A DNA stretch of 64,000 nucleotides, from positions 2,429 through 66,428 of IMG/VR virus record IMGVR_UViG_2840851631_000003. One strand, 5' to 3'. How positions within the stretch are numbered: the first letter of the stretch is position 1; each line of letters opens with the position of its first letter. Source of the DNA: a virus. Lineage: Duplodnaviria; Caudoviricetes. The notes below the pieces were generated by a model that saw only the letters and a program-made list of their open reading frames with translations, did no database searches and was not told where the DNA came from. Positions 10,501 to 20,018 of this stretch are shown piece by piece. The position numbers and the translations under genes are program-made.

Positions 10501-11248
10501 CCGACACCGTAGGCATCCGGCTGAACTGGCGCGCGTCGAACTTCAGCGCGAGCACCGACAGGTTCGGGTAGCGCAGCTGCGCGTCGATGATGCTGGTGAA
10601 GGATGTGAAGACGGTCTGATTGGCAAGATACTGCGTCGTGCTGTCGGGCGTGATCCGGCGAACGCGGACCAGCCACGGGCCGGCGCCGGTCAGCGGCAAC
10701 CGAGTGCTGCGCTGGTAGTTGGCGGCGGTCTTGTCGGAAATGGTGACAATGGCAGCTTGGGCAAATTTGCCATTCGTCGGCGCCAGATCGATGGCGTACT
10801 GCACCGACGCGCCGGAGGTATCGCCGGTTTTCGGATCAGTGGAGCGCAGGCCGGCGGGCAGCGATACCGTCACACGGATGGCGGTGGCGTTCACATCAGC
10901 CACAGTTTGGGTGATCGGGTTCGCCGCCTTCACCTCCAGCCCCACGCCGTTCTCGGTCTCGACCGCGGGGAACCCTGAAATCGCTGGCTGTGTTTGGGTG
11001 CCCGTGCGATACGAAACCTGCATGTTCTGGAAGTTGAACGAGCCGTCAGGGTTCTGAATCGGCGTGTCGTCCAGGTAAATGCTCTTCAGCGGATTGGCCG
11101 AATCGGCCGGCCCGCCGGTTTCGCCATGACCCAGCAGCACCATCATGCGGCCGTAGCTGATCGACTGCGCGGTATCAGGCGACTCTACCGGGGTATGCTG
11201 GCTGCCACCGCCACCACCCTTGGCACCAAAGATTGCATCGTCGGACAT
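7592..11248 (-). CDS. Tail tip / host-specificity protein J
   Basis: 1218 aa; GAKGGGG start, TSNPVW, FN3-like region, FLADRFVV (DUF1983-like) region. Confidence 0.93.
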   Translation of the reverse strand: MSDDAIFGAKGGGGGSQHTPVESPDTAQSISYGRMMVLLGHGETGGPADSANPLKSIYLDDTPIQNPDGSFNFQNMQVSYRTGTQTQPAISGFPAVETENGVGLEVKAANPITQTVADVNATAIRVTVSLPAGLRSTDPKTGDTSGASVQYAIDLAPTNGKFAQAAIVTISDKTAANYQRSTRLPLTGAGPWLVRVRRITPDSTTQYLANQTVFTSFTSIIDAQLRYPNLSVLALKFDARQFSRMPTVSVLWQQLKCQVPSNYDSVARTYTGPWDGNFKPAVTSNPVWYLWTYCTDNRFGINIPAANMDRWGMYAIAQWCDQLVPDGYGGFEPRFQFHNFQQDTQDAWKVVSDIVSSFCGQAYWSAGGIRIVADMPGKQLVKHFNATNVIDGKFTYSSTPKNGRFTAAAVAWTDPSDRYRRAVEYAEHGQGLLTYGLQQTSAVAMGAVTRGQARRCGRYILETAQRCTEMVTFKAAAYGADLQPGDLFSTSDFHVAGARMGGRVVSVAGTAVKLDAPVTLQSGVTYTLEVTGPDGVPVRRGVVAPPGTTDTLSIVSPYPAQPVAGAAWVLIATNLQPDLWTCVSIKSVDNGEFEISGLQYDPNKWAAIETGLRFDPAPTSNLPDPGAMPPVLAVQLQEQPHLTPEGGRKVKLLVDWPAVVHPYLRSYRVTYRQNGGNWITLPDQVSNHAEIVDVVPGNYDVRVSTVSVTGVVSIPVTGNQQTRGQVTAPPAPTLTAVGGAMKIDLSWTYPAGRPDISRAELFYSTTAGDSNPPKLDFAYPTSAFSWQGLPLGVTYYFWLRVYDTWGNPSAFVQAQAQTVKDPGVLLDQLKDSITSAQLQESLRTPIEQAVGVQGSVNSLIQAQMQQMLTAEEIRSTQGNHYAFAKRQLSTLGDSLRQEATERLLLAARVDAAAAGIVEESAARAAAYSALTERVGTMQTTVGNHTASLQEISRTVDGVVAEKIIKLNSSGKVAGIGLRTDPNGSAVDFLADRFVVSQPDGNGTRQVFIVASINGRPALGLAGDLIADGSLVGRRVLVDGSVDAGQINSRGLTIRDMAGNVVVDMTGMGAGYIKGLLTVGQIDTRGMTIRDSLGSVIVSMNGMDASYIRNLQVDTLQIKGEAVSKNDTRTVTMSGWQAAGWNYAFSFYCSDRGTLLVFGDAPFPSITLRARGRAVGIGNGSGVLVLDVSAGETVTVGVDSIGGYSANGQVRYGAVLYRR

Positions 11249-11285
11249 TCATGCTCCAAAAACAGAAGCGCCCGCGTGCGGCGGG

Positions 11286-11918
11286 CTATACGAGTACGGG
11301 GGAATTGGTGGGTAGCGATCCGGTGCCGATGTCCTCGACGCTGACGCCGGCGGAAATCACCGTGCCGCCTATCAGCATGGTGCCGGTGCCGATCGGAATC
11401 GGCAGGCCCTGTGCGCTGGTCTGCTGAGCGCCGTTGAACCAGTAGTTCGGCTTGCCGTCCTTGGCTTGCCAGTCGGGCTGCTTGGGGATTGGGGTTAGGA
11501 GCTCGATGGCGCCACCAATCATCAAACCCACGCCGACATTCATCATCACGCTGGCAGCGCCTTCGCTCAGAAACGCTGAAGTACCTAGCATTCCTATCCC
11601 GCCCCAGACTGAAAATGCCACCAGTGCTGCGCCTGCAAGAATGCGGGCTCCGGCTTTGGCGCCCACGATCACCGGCATGATGAGGATGTCGCCCTTGCTC
11701 ACCAGCACGATCTCATCTTCAGCGACATCCCGATCTGCCACCGTTACCCGATATCCGACCTTCTCCGGATCGCTCTCCCGTAAGTGCTGGATGAAGCCGG
11801 GCCAGTTAGCATCGAGCATCCGGATAGCCTCCGCCACGCTGTCGACGTAGGCGGCAAACTCCTTCACGAACTTCTCGCCCAGCTCACCGCCCAGGCGGAC
11901 GGTTCTTTTTTCACTCAT
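11286..11918 (-). CDS. Tail assembly protein I
   Basis: LGGELGEKF, SVAEAIRML, YWFNG...QGLPIPIGTG. Confidence 0.9.
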   Translation of the reverse strand: MSEKRTVRLGGELGEKFVKEFAAYVDSVAEAIRMLDANWPGFIQHLRESDPEKVGYRVTVADRDVAEDEIVLVSKGDILIMPVIVGAKAGARILAGAALVAFSVWGGIGMLGTSAFLSEGAASVMMNVGVGLMIGGAIELLTPIPKQPDWQAKDGKPNYWFNGAQQTSAQGLPIPIGTGTMLIGGTVISAGVSVEDIGTGSLPTNSPVLV

Positions 11919-12594
11919 GGCGCGGCCTCACAACGGTTACGGTGCAGCGCTGCCACCATCCGCCGTATATGCTGACCTGGCTGGGCTGGTTGTAGAGCTG
12001 ATGAAGGATTCGGCTGTCGCCGACATAGACCGCAACGTGGTTGATCACGTCGGCCTCGCACATCATGAAAATCAGGTCGCCGCGCTGGATCTCGTCGGTC
12101 ACGACGTCGGCCGGCGCCGAAGCCAGCCAGGCTGCAAAAGGATTCTCGCCGTGTCGCCAGAAGTCCTCACGGGCTGCGGCGCGCGGCAGCAGGATGCCGG
12201 TCTCGCGCCGATGCCAGTCCTGAGCCAGGCTGAAGCAGTCGAGCATTCCCCAGCAGAATGGCCGGCCTTCGTATGGAGCCTGCCAGCCGCCGGGATCGGT
12301 CAGCGTGTGCTCACCGTTCGGCCAACTGACGATGTGCCAGGGCAGTCCGGTTCGCTCGCACATCACACGATCCAGCATAGATGGCTCGGCGGTGTCGTCG
12401 GGGTGGCTGTGCCAGATGCCGACAACCCGGCCCAGCCGCTCCGCGGCGGCATAGTCCACCGGGTCGAGCTCGAACTGCGCGCGCGGGTTTCTGGCGATGT
12501 TCCGGCACGGATAGACGCGTCCGGTGTCCAGCAGCACGCCGCACGCCTCCTGCGGATGAGCCAGCTCCGCTAGGTAAAGCATTTCGTTGATCAT
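11911..12594 (-). CDS. Tail tip assembly protein K (JAB plus NlpC/P60)
   Basis: PQEACG, WHSHPD, DCFSL, HVAVY; start re-set to MINEML. Confidence 0.9.
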   Translation of the reverse strand: MINEMLYLAELAHPQEACGVLLDTGRVYPCRNIARNPRAQFELDPVDYAAAERLGRVVGIWHSHPDDTAEPSMLDRVMCERTGLPWHIVSWPNGEHTLTDPGGWQAPYEGRPFCWGMLDCFSLAQDWHRRETGILLPRAAAREDFWRHGENPFAAWLASAPADVVTDEIQRGDLIFMMCEADVINHVAVYVGDSRILHQLYNQPSQVSIYGGWWQRCTVTVVRPRHE

Positions 12595-12691
12595 GGTGCA
12601 GTCCAGAAACGAGAAAACCCGCCGAAGCGGGTTAGATATTAGACAATAGAGCCTTTGTTTTACTTTAATGCACAATTCCGTGTAAATTGCA

Positions 12692-13018
12692 TTGGCATAT
12701 CAACACCAATGGAGTTTACAAATGGATGCCTTAGAAGAAAGATTGCAGAGAATTGAAAAAGAAATACAGATTACCCTTGGGAGATTGAACGCAGTCCAAG
12801 CCACAATCTCTGTAGTAAACGGCACATTCCCTCCCGACTGGGCCAGCACTTGCTTGAAAGAAATGAGGGAAGCTTTTGTAAGGATTGAGGCTGACTTGAT
12901 TGCTTCAAATTTACCTCAAGAAGTTGTAAATGAGATGATCCGGGTAATGAATGAACAGATTCAAATTTTTTCCTGCATCTCCTCATCCCCTCGACACGGA
13001 ATGCAGGCTGAGTGCTAA
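12692..13018 (+). CDS. AT-rich antisense moron, hypothetical
   Basis: 108-aa helical ORF on the opposite strand between K and L. Confidence 0.55.
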   Translation: MAYQHQWSLQMDALEERLQRIEKEIQITLGRLNAVQATISVVNGTFPPDWASTCLKEMREAFVRIEADLIASNLPQEVVNEMIRVMNEQIQIFSCISSSPRHGMQAEC

Positions 13019-13133
13019 TAACCAATTGATATTCTGCATTCAAGGAGACTGAGTATTCGCTTAATTTCATCGCATCTTCCTTGGCAGGAATAAATTATCC
13101 TGCCCTAGAGAACAAAACTGTAACTTGCTTGCA

Positions 13134-13832
13134 TCAGCCGTAGCGCCGCAAACCGAGCAGACCAGGGTAGTTCGTCTGATTCCCTCGGCACTGGCAGTCG
13201 CTGTAACGCTTGCCGCACGCATCCTTGTTTGGATCGCTCGTCGGCTTGCCGTCGACGTCGAACATGGCGGCGCCAGCGTAGCCGCACGCTGCGCTCCGGT
13301 ACTGCGTCTGAGCCGGGCAGTAGACGCTGGCCATGGTGTTCGGCACGGTCTTGCCCTCCAGGTCCAGCGCGCTCACTAGCTCAAACTGCAGTACCGTGCC
13401 GTCATCCTGCGTGCGCCGGTTCACGAACCAGATTTCCTGCTGGTGGAACTCGGGCGAGTTCGACAGCGCGCCGCCGTCCAGGAACTTGGCGTAGGTGACC
13501 ATGCGCGTCACCCTCCAGCCGGCCAGGCCTTTGAACTGGCGTACCAGTTGCGTGAAGATGCCGTAGATAGGGCCATTGGCGCCCATCACCGCGTTCGCGA
13601 TGGACAGTGTGGGCCGCGGCGCGCTGCCCTGAACAGACTTTTCAAATCCCTCAGCCTGGATTGCCCAGGGCTGATACTGCTGACCCATGAAGTTGATCGG
13701 GTTGGTATTGGCGTCTGTGCCGGCCGGCGTGAAGTACTGCACCGGATATTGGGTGCCCGGCGGCGGGGCCAATTGAAAAAGCTCCACCCTTGCATCAAGG
13801 GTGAAGCCTTGGACATCCTTTTCGATCTGCAT
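13134..13832 (-). CDS. Minor tail protein L
   Basis: YQPWAIQAEGFE, PRPTLSIAN, C-terminal Cys cluster. Confidence 0.92.
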   Translation of the reverse strand: MQIEKDVQGFTLDARVELFQLAPPPGTQYPVQYFTPAGTDANTNPINFMGQQYQPWAIQAEGFEKSVQGSAPRPTLSIANAVMGANGPIYGIFTQLVRQFKGLAGWRVTRMVTYAKFLDGGALSNSPEFHQQEIWFVNRRTQDDGTVLQFELVSALDLEGKTVPNTMASVYCPAQTQYRSAACGYAGAAMFDVDGKPTSDPNKDACGKRYSDCQCRGNQTNYPGLLGLRRYG

Positions 13833-13833
13833 C

Positions 13834-14178
13834 TCAGTTGCCTATATCAAATACCTGTTCAAAGCTGCAAGTGATGGAATCTGCATCTCGATCCTGGTTG
13901 ATCCGCTGCCACTCGCTACAAATGAACTTTGCCGCAGGCCGGCCTGCGTGCGAATACCAGAACCAGCGCACGCCAGCGTGCCGGGCCAAAAACGACTCAA
14001 GGGCATCCGCAGATGCCCTTGAAAGGTTGTTGAACGGAAGCGAGAGCTTCACCGGCATGGTGTTGATCCCGCTCGGAACACGCTGGGCGTAGCCATCGCC
14101 GAAGCGTGAAGTTGTCACGGCCGGATGGACGCTCGCGCTTGCGCCAAAGGCCGGCCGCCAGGTGAATGTTTCTGCCAT
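13834..14178 (-). CDS. Minor tail protein M
   Basis: MAETFTW, RFGDGYAQR..GIN, FLARHAG..WF. Confidence 0.92.
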   Translation of the reverse strand: MAETFTWRPAFGASASVHPAVTTSRFGDGYAQRVPSGINTMPVKLSLPFNNLSRASADALESFLARHAGVRWFWYSHAGRPAAKFICSEWQRINQDRDADSITCSFEQVFDIGN

Positions 14179-14191
14179 TAAATCTCCCTCA

Positions 14192-17100
14192 TCAACCTCG
14201 TCCCATCCCCCTGTAAATATCCCCACCAGGGCGCATTTCAGCTTGAATCACCTGCTTCGCAACCGCGCGCATGGGCTGAACCAGGCCGGCCATCATTCGC
14301 TCGAACGATGCCGCCCCATTTCCGCTTTGGCTTTCCTGCTTGTCGCCATTGAAGATGTTGGTTTGCTCGATCGTCACGCCCCCTTCCGCCGGCCGGCCGC
14401 TTCCACCAGTCGCCGGCATCAGCGGCATCACGTGCCCGCCCTGCCCCGGCATCATCAAGAACTGATTCCCGCCGTACATCAGCAACTCAGGCATGCCGCG
14501 CTCGTTCACCGGGTGCAAGGTATTCGGGTAGACGGGGCCGCCGAATGCGCGGCCGGGGCCTATGGTGCCATCAACAATCGGCGCCGCGGCCTGCGTTGCT
14601 CCGCCGCCAATCATCCCGGCCGCGAAGTTCATCAAGCCGCCGGCACCAGATGAGAACCAGCCTCCCGCAGAGCTCAACAGTCCAGCAGCAGCCTTCGCCG
14701 CCATGATCTTGTTGATCTCGCGCAGCACGCTGACCGTGAACTCCTTCCAGCCCAGCTTGCCGGTCTCGAAAAACTGAATGAGCCCGGCCTCCATGCTGGA
14801 AGTCATTGCGTTGAAGATCGCGCCGGCGGCCCTGGCGTTGTTGGACGTGGAGTCGAGATAGTCGGCCATGGCTGCATCCCAGCCGGTCACGAAGTCGCGG
14901 CTCTTGGCGACTTGCTTGTCGTACAGGGCCATCAGCTGCTCATACTCTGCAGAAAGCGCCTCTACCCCCTTTTTCTCAAGGCTTTGCGAATAGAGGTAAC
15001 GCTCGCGGGCAGTCGTGCCCAAGCCCATAACCGCTATCTGACGCTGGATTTCCTCAGTTTCCAGACGCACAGTAAGTCCACGCCTTCCTGCAGCTTCCAA
15101 ATCAACCTGCTTCTGCTTGTAGTCGATCTGGCTGCCAAGGGCTTCTATCCGCTTTCGCCTGGCGCTGACTTCATCCTTATCCGCCGGCTCAGGAGCAGAC
15201 TTCAACGTCTCGCGCTCGGCACGCAAATCGAGCAGGTCTTTCTCGGCCTCGGTCAGCTTTTCCACCTTGATACCGATCTGATCCAGCCGCTTTAGGTATG
15301 CATCTGCTGCACGGATGCCGGATTGCGACTTCTCCATGTCGGAGTAGTAGTTTTCCAATCCGCGGACTGACTTCTCCAGGCTGACTTTCTTTTGTGCCAG
15401 CTGGATCTGCTTGTCGAGGTCGGCCAGCTCCTTGCCTCGGTCTGCGAGACCCTTTTCCGTCAGACCGGCCTTCGATTTGTTGGCGATCTCTACGCGCTGC
15501 GCGCGCAGCTTATTCAGTTGCTTCTCGCCCTCCGTCAGCTTCTGCGCGGCGCTACCCAGCTGGCTGTACTGGTCGATCATCTGCGATAGACTGCGGATAT
15601 CAGCCTCCAGGCCCGCAATGCCGCTCTCTCCGCGCGACAACCCGCCCCTGGGATGCTTTCCTTCCCCGCGCTCTTTATACATTATCTCGATTTGAGCGAT
15701 GTTGGCCTGATGCTTTGCCAGGGCTTTAGCTTTGTCCTCCGTGGTTTTCGCTTGAGCTAAAGCGCGATCATAGGCTTGCTGCTCTTTGCCCAGCGCAATA
15801 GCCTTTTTCTCGGCTCTGGATGCGAATGTTTCATCTCCGAGGAATTTGCTTAATGCGTTTTTACTACCTTGGCTACGCCTCCAATTCATCCCCCCTTCGC
15901 CATCCTCCTCATACCAAGGGTCTAAAGCATTTTTTGCCTGATTTACGAGTGCAACCTGATACGCCTTCTTTGCGTCGTTTCTGCGGGCCAAGGCGTCATC
16001 GTAGTTCTTGGCCGCTTCAGCTGGATCGGCATTTACCTGATAGTCCTCGATCTTTCCAGGGATGCCCTTTACCATAACTTTTCCAGACTTCCGGATCGCA
16101 TCCATCTTCGCCAGATGCTCCTCAGCCAGTTTGAGCTCTTCTCGCAGCCCTTTCGTATCACCATTCGCCTGGGCTTTCGATATGCGCTTGCTTGCAAGTT
16201 CATTTTGAGCCGCTGCGTTACCCGCAGCTGCGGCAAGATCGTCCCAGTAATAGATCAGCGTTCCGATAGCCAGGAACGCGACACCCCACCCACCGCCCAC
16301 CAGCGCAATGGCGCCATTCGCCAGGCTGGTTGCGGCAGCCATCGCCCGCGCCGAAATGCTTGCCCGATCTTTGGCAACTGCCAGCGTGTTTGTCGCAACC
16401 GTCTCCGCGGCAGCCGCCTCCGCTGCGCGACCGGCGGCAGCAGTCTGGACACCTGCAGCTTCGGCAGCAGTAAGCTCAGCCTTCGCCAAACGCTCATCAG
16501 CCATCGTCAGGGCATTTGCCATCGCGGCGGCCCGCCCGTTTGCCTCTGCCAAGCGCTGCTGCTCTACAACCACCGCCTGACTTTCCGCAGCGACCTCGGC
16601 AGACGTAGAAGCCACTGCAGCCTCAGCGCGCGCCAGCCTTTCAAATGATGCAGTGGTCTTTATCAGCTCGCCCTGCCTTGCAGCCTCCGCAGCAGAATGC
16701 TCTCTCGACGCAAGGTTGGCGGCCTCCTCTGCCGCAGCCAACTTTGCCTTGGCTGCCGCCAGCGCGCCGGACTGCTCAACCTGGCGAGCCTCGCCAGCAG
16801 TCAGCGAGGCCATCAGCGCTATACGCTCCCGATCTGCTGCTGCGGACGCCAAGCTGGAAGATGCCTTTTCCTTTCCGGCCCTCGCCGCATCCAGCTGAAA
16901 CATCGCCGCGGTTTTCTCAGCCTGAGCGCGCCTCAGTGCAGCCTGGCCTGCCTCAGTGTCGCCCCTGGCAGACTGCATTGATGCCAGGAAACGATCGACA
17001 CTCGCCTGGGCCGCTACAGCGGCCCCTGACGCGTACTTCACGCCAATGACCGTGGCCACGAGCTCGCCGGCAGTCACCACTTGATCTAGGTTATCTGCAA

Positions 17101-17920
17101 GCTGCTTTGCGGCGCTGCCGAGAGCTGCCGATGCACTTGTTGCTCGGTTTTGCTCATCGATGAATTTGCCGAAGGAATTGGTCAGGTACTGCATACCGCG
17201 GGATGCCGTTTGCGGAATTTTTTCGGCATCCTTGGATATCTGATCAGATGCCTTCAGCAGCGCGTTGGCGACGACTTCAGAGGTCAATTTCCCTTCGCTG
17301 GACAGCTTCTTCAGCTCCCCCTTCGGGACGCCTATGGCGTCGGCCAGCTTCTGCATCAGGTACGGGGCGTTCTCCATCATCGAGCGGAATTCATCGCCCT
17401 GCAGCACGCCCGATCCCAGCGCCTGGGACAGCTGAAGCATGGTGGCAGAGGATTCTTGAGTACTGGCGCCGCCAATCGCCAAGCCCTGACCCACTGCCTG
17501 GGTCAACTTGACCGTGTCCAAGTAGCTCTTGCCCATTTCGGACATGGACTGACTTGTTCGGGCAAACATCGCCGCATTTGTCTGGAGGTCAGTCTGTGTC
17601 CGTTGAGACATTTCGAATAGCTCGCGCTGCGCGGCAATCGCGCGGCGAGTCGAGCCGGTTACCACCTCCAGACGTGCTGAAATCATCGTCCACGCATCCG
17701 CCAAGCGAATCAGCTCCGTTGCAGAGTTGATACTGGCGTAGGCGGTGACCATGGACAGCGCGGCGGATCTGGCTTGAGAAAAGCTCTTTGTCGCAGAGTC
17801 CGCAAAGCTGAGAATGGAGCGCTCCACACGCTCCCCCTTTTGCTGGAAGCTGTCGAGCGCGCGCTCCCCGTCATGAAGCCGTGTTGCGTCAACGTGAAGA
17901 ACAAGGGTAGCTACGTCCAT
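14192..17920 (-). CDS. Tail tape measure protein
   Basis: ~1240 aa; N-terminal tape-measure domain (QLSQALGSGVLQGDEFRS), Ala-rich middle, lambda-type C-terminus (GRAFGGPV...VNERGMPEL). Confidence 0.95.
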   Translation of the reverse strand: MDVATLVLHVDATRLHDGERALDSFQQKGERVERSILSFADSATKSFSQARSAALSMVTAYASINSATELIRLADAWTMISARLEVVTGSTRRAIAAQRELFEMSQRTQTDLQTNAAMFARTSQSMSEMGKSYLDTVKLTQAVGQGLAIGGASTQESSATMLQLSQALGSGVLQGDEFRSMMENAPYLMQKLADAIGVPKGELKKLSSEGKLTSEVVANALLKASDQISKDAEKIPQTASRGMQYLTNSFGKFIDEQNRATSASAALGSAAKQLADNLDQVVTAGELVATVIGVKYASGAAVAAQASVDRFLASMQSARGDTEAGQAALRRAQAEKTAAMFQLDAARAGKEKASSSLASAAADRERIALMASLTAGEARQVEQSGALAAAKAKLAAAEEAANLASREHSAAEAARQGELIKTTASFERLARAEAAVASTSAEVAAESQAVVVEQQRLAEANGRAAAMANALTMADERLAKAELTAAEAAGVQTAAAGRAAEAAAAETVATNTLAVAKDRASISARAMAAATSLANGAIALVGGGWGVAFLAIGTLIYYWDDLAAAAGNAAAQNELASKRISKAQANGDTKGLREELKLAEEHLAKMDAIRKSGKVMVKGIPGKIEDYQVNADPAEAAKNYDDALARRNDAKKAYQVALVNQAKNALDPWYEEDGEGGMNWRRSQGSKNALSKFLGDETFASRAEKKAIALGKEQQAYDRALAQAKTTEDKAKALAKHQANIAQIEIMYKERGEGKHPRGGLSRGESGIAGLEADIRSLSQMIDQYSQLGSAAQKLTEGEKQLNKLRAQRVEIANKSKAGLTEKGLADRGKELADLDKQIQLAQKKVSLEKSVRGLENYYSDMEKSQSGIRAADAYLKRLDQIGIKVEKLTEAEKDLLDLRAERETLKSAPEPADKDEVSARRKRIEALGSQIDYKQKQVDLEAAGRRGLTVRLETEEIQRQIAVMGLGTTARERYLYSQSLEKKGVEALSAEYEQLMALYDKQVAKSRDFVTGWDAAMADYLDSTSNNARAAGAIFNAMTSSMEAGLIQFFETGKLGWKEFTVSVLREINKIMAAKAAAGLLSSAGGWFSSGAGGLMNFAAGMIGGGATQAAAPIVDGTIGPGRAFGGPVYPNTLHPVNERGMPELLMYGGNQFLMMPGQGGHVMPLMPATGGSGRPAEGGVTIEQTNIFNGDKQESQSGNGAASFERMMAGLVQPMRAVAKQVIQAEMRPGGDIYRGMGRG

Positions 17921-17931
17921 TGCGGCACTCC

Positions 17932-17959
17932 AATGAAAAAGCCCCGCAGTTGCGGGGCT
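17932..17959 (-). terminator. Intrinsic terminator closing the PAAR moron
   Basis: AGCCCCGCA-GT-TGCGGGGCT hairpin followed by TTTTTCATT on the minus strand. Confidence 0.8.
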
Positions 17960-17995
17960 GGAAGACATCAGTCACGTTGCAGACGTGAAGCATTT

Positions 17996-18454
17996 TTACT
18001 GCATGGAGAGTGATAGGAATTTTCGTGGCTTAAGGAAGTTAGTCAGCGACCTTTGCTTAATCTCATCCACCCGATATCCAACACGACCTGCGGGATCTAT
18101 CGTCAGCTTATATTTCTTGCCATTTTTCTCAAAAAGAAACGAATTATCGACGAGCCGCGGATTTTCCATAAAGGAAAACTCTTCTTCATCATCGTAATGG
18201 AGATACATACAATCGACTACTTCCTGATTTTTCCCAAGCAAGTAGAATTTATAGCTAACACCTTCATATGGAGCATTCTCCAAAACGACGAGATACAAAC
18301 CAACATCGCTTAGGAAATATTGGCATGCTATCTTTTCGTACAAATCCTCGATGCCAAGGCTTTTTCTTTGAAAATGCAGTGCGTAGCATGAGCCGCCTGT
18401 TTCAGGCTTTCTATCAACCTCAACCAAGCTAAAATAATCTACTGAATTTTCCAC
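17996..18454 (-). CDS. Putative immunity protein
   Basis: AT-rich 152 aa overlapping the end of the putative effector gene. Confidence 0.55.
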   Translation of the reverse strand: MENSVDYFSLVEVDRKPETGGSCYALHFQRKSLGIEDLYEKIACQYFLSDVGLYLVVLENAPYEGVSYKFYLLGKNQEVVDCMYLHYDDEEEFSFMENPRLVDNSFLFEKNGKKYKLTIDPAGRVGYRVDEIKQRSLTNFLKPRKFLSLSMQ

Positions 18455-19281
18455 TTCGAAAACTCCTCAAGCTCATCATCAAAGGCATCTGCAACGCTCT
18501 CCGCAGCCAAACCACCGGCCGCACTACCTGCCAGCATAACAGCAATTGCACATACTGGGGCACCTGGGCCGCAAATCGTGGAAACCAACAAGCCTGCTGC
18601 AGCACCTCCGAGCATGCCGCCACCGATGACAGCGCCTTGCCGAATAGTTTCCTTCTCTTTATTGCTTGCTTGGGAAATAGAATAGGCTGCAAGTGTTGCT
18701 GTAACTATCCAGCCAACCTTCCCAATAACTTTCAATCTCTTCGCTTTTATATCAAACTTATCATTCGATTTCGCTGATGATTCAATGATCGAATAGTAAA
18801 CCTTATTCTTCTCTGCTGGACTTAATGCTTTGAAATCTTTGCCGAACAGCCTTTTGGCGTATTTATCCAGTAGGTCAGTGGAAGTCTTGCCAGTTTTTTT
18901 ATGCTGCTCCGCAGAGGCGAGTCCGTGAGCAGATGTTACTGCTCGATGCTCCATCATAATCTTATTCCGCATCTTGGATGAAAATTCCATCCCTTCTTTC
19001 GCGGTCATAGTTCCTGCACTTACTTCTTCAAGGACAGTCCTCGCCATCCTTGTAATATTATTTTGGTATGAGGTCCGGACGTTTGAGTCATTGATTGCAT
19101 CCGTTGCGAATCGTGCTGCAGCGGCTTCAAGCGCATCCAAGCTCTTCTTTAATGGCGACTCAATCTCATGCTTTTGATTTACTTGATAAGAGCCGAGGTA
19201 CTCAATTTTGTGTTCCGGGATTGGCTGAGCGCCGGTGGCCGAAGAGCCGCCCTTAGTGCTTCCATAACGAACATCCGACAT
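18439..19281 (-). CDS. Putative T6SS effector, C-terminal glycine-zipper hydrophobic helices
   Basis: Follows PAAR; GAVIGGGMLGGAAAGLLV...AIAVMLAGSAAGGLAA. Confidence 0.6.
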   Translation of the reverse strand: MSDVRYGSTKGGSSATGAQPIPEHKIEYLGSYQVNQKHEIESPLKKSLDALEAAAARFATDAINDSNVRTSYQNNITRMARTVLEEVSAGTMTAKEGMEFSSKMRNKIMMEHRAVTSAHGLASAEQHKKTGKTSTDLLDKYAKRLFGKDFKALSPAEKNKVYYSIIESSAKSNDKFDIKAKRLKVIGKVGWIVTATLAAYSISQASNKEKETIRQGAVIGGGMLGGAAAGLLVSTICGPGAPVCAIAVMLAGSAAGGLAAESVADAFDDELEEFSKWKIQ

Positions 19282-19283
19282 TA

Positions 19284-19853
19284 TTACGCCCCTATCCCTT
19301 TCAATATCGCAGCCGTCAAGCTCTCACCGCCTTCATCTTCTACACTGTCAAATTCCAGCTTTACGCCGGTTATTTTCGCGATCGAGTCAATTCGAGCGCA
19401 GCTATTTTTGTCGAATGTAATTGCCTTGGAGCTTCCATCGTCAAAGTTCACTGTGCACGACATCCCTGCGTAGTTTTCCTGGGCCGGCAAAGCGAATTCT
19501 ATCCAATGTCTACCTGCTGCCAGGGCGCCAGCCGCAGCCGCTACAGCCGCCACGGTTCCGGCACCCACAGTAGCCGCGCCACTTCCTATATAGTCGCGCG
19601 ACACTTGCCCCAGGGTACTGATCAGCGTGGCGCCACAACTTACTTTGTGGCCTTCAAGCGCAACGGCCTTCCCGCCGATGCTCCATGATGGGTCGCCCTC
19701 AACGATTACACAGTTCACGTGACCTTGTTGGGGGCAGCTTACCGAGTCCCCCACTACGGCAACATTCTTGCCAAAGAAACTGGTTGTCGAAGTGGCGCTT
19801 GTAACGCTACCTCCATGGTCAGTCGGATCGCCAATGCGAATGACCTTTTTCAT
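19284..19853 (-). CDS. PAAR domain protein with C-terminal extension
   Basis: IRIGDPTDHGGSV, VGDSVSCPQQG, ALEGHKVSCGATLI. Confidence 0.9.
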   Translation of the reverse strand: MKKVIRIGDPTDHGGSVTSATSTTSFFGKNVAVVGDSVSCPQQGHVNCVIVEGDPSWSIGGKAVALEGHKVSCGATLISTLGQVSRDYIGSGAATVGAGTVAAVAAAAGALAAGRHWIEFALPAQENYAGMSCTVNFDDGSSKAITFDKNSCARIDSIAKITGVKLEFDSVEDEGGESLTAAILKGIGA

Positions 19854-19975
19854 TGCTATGACACCTGATAGAAGATCAACCAGATACCTTATACTATCTT
19901 TAACAAATAGGTCAGCTGTCCATTTGGACAAATCAGTTTCCCCGATGCAGCCTTTACGGTTCCAACTGAAGCAAT

Positions 19976-19999
19976 AAGGCCCCGCGGTTGCGGGGCCTT
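19976..19999. terminator. Intrinsic terminator
   Basis: AAGGCCCCGC-GGTT-GCGGGGCCTT perfect hairpin. Confidence 0.75.
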
Positions 20000-20018
20000 T
20001 CGTGCGCTCCGACTTGGA

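Noticed and set aside
14552-14561. 10-nt match (GCCGGGGCCT) to the short mini-array spacer inside the tape measure gene
   Set aside because: Short, GC-only and expected by chance.
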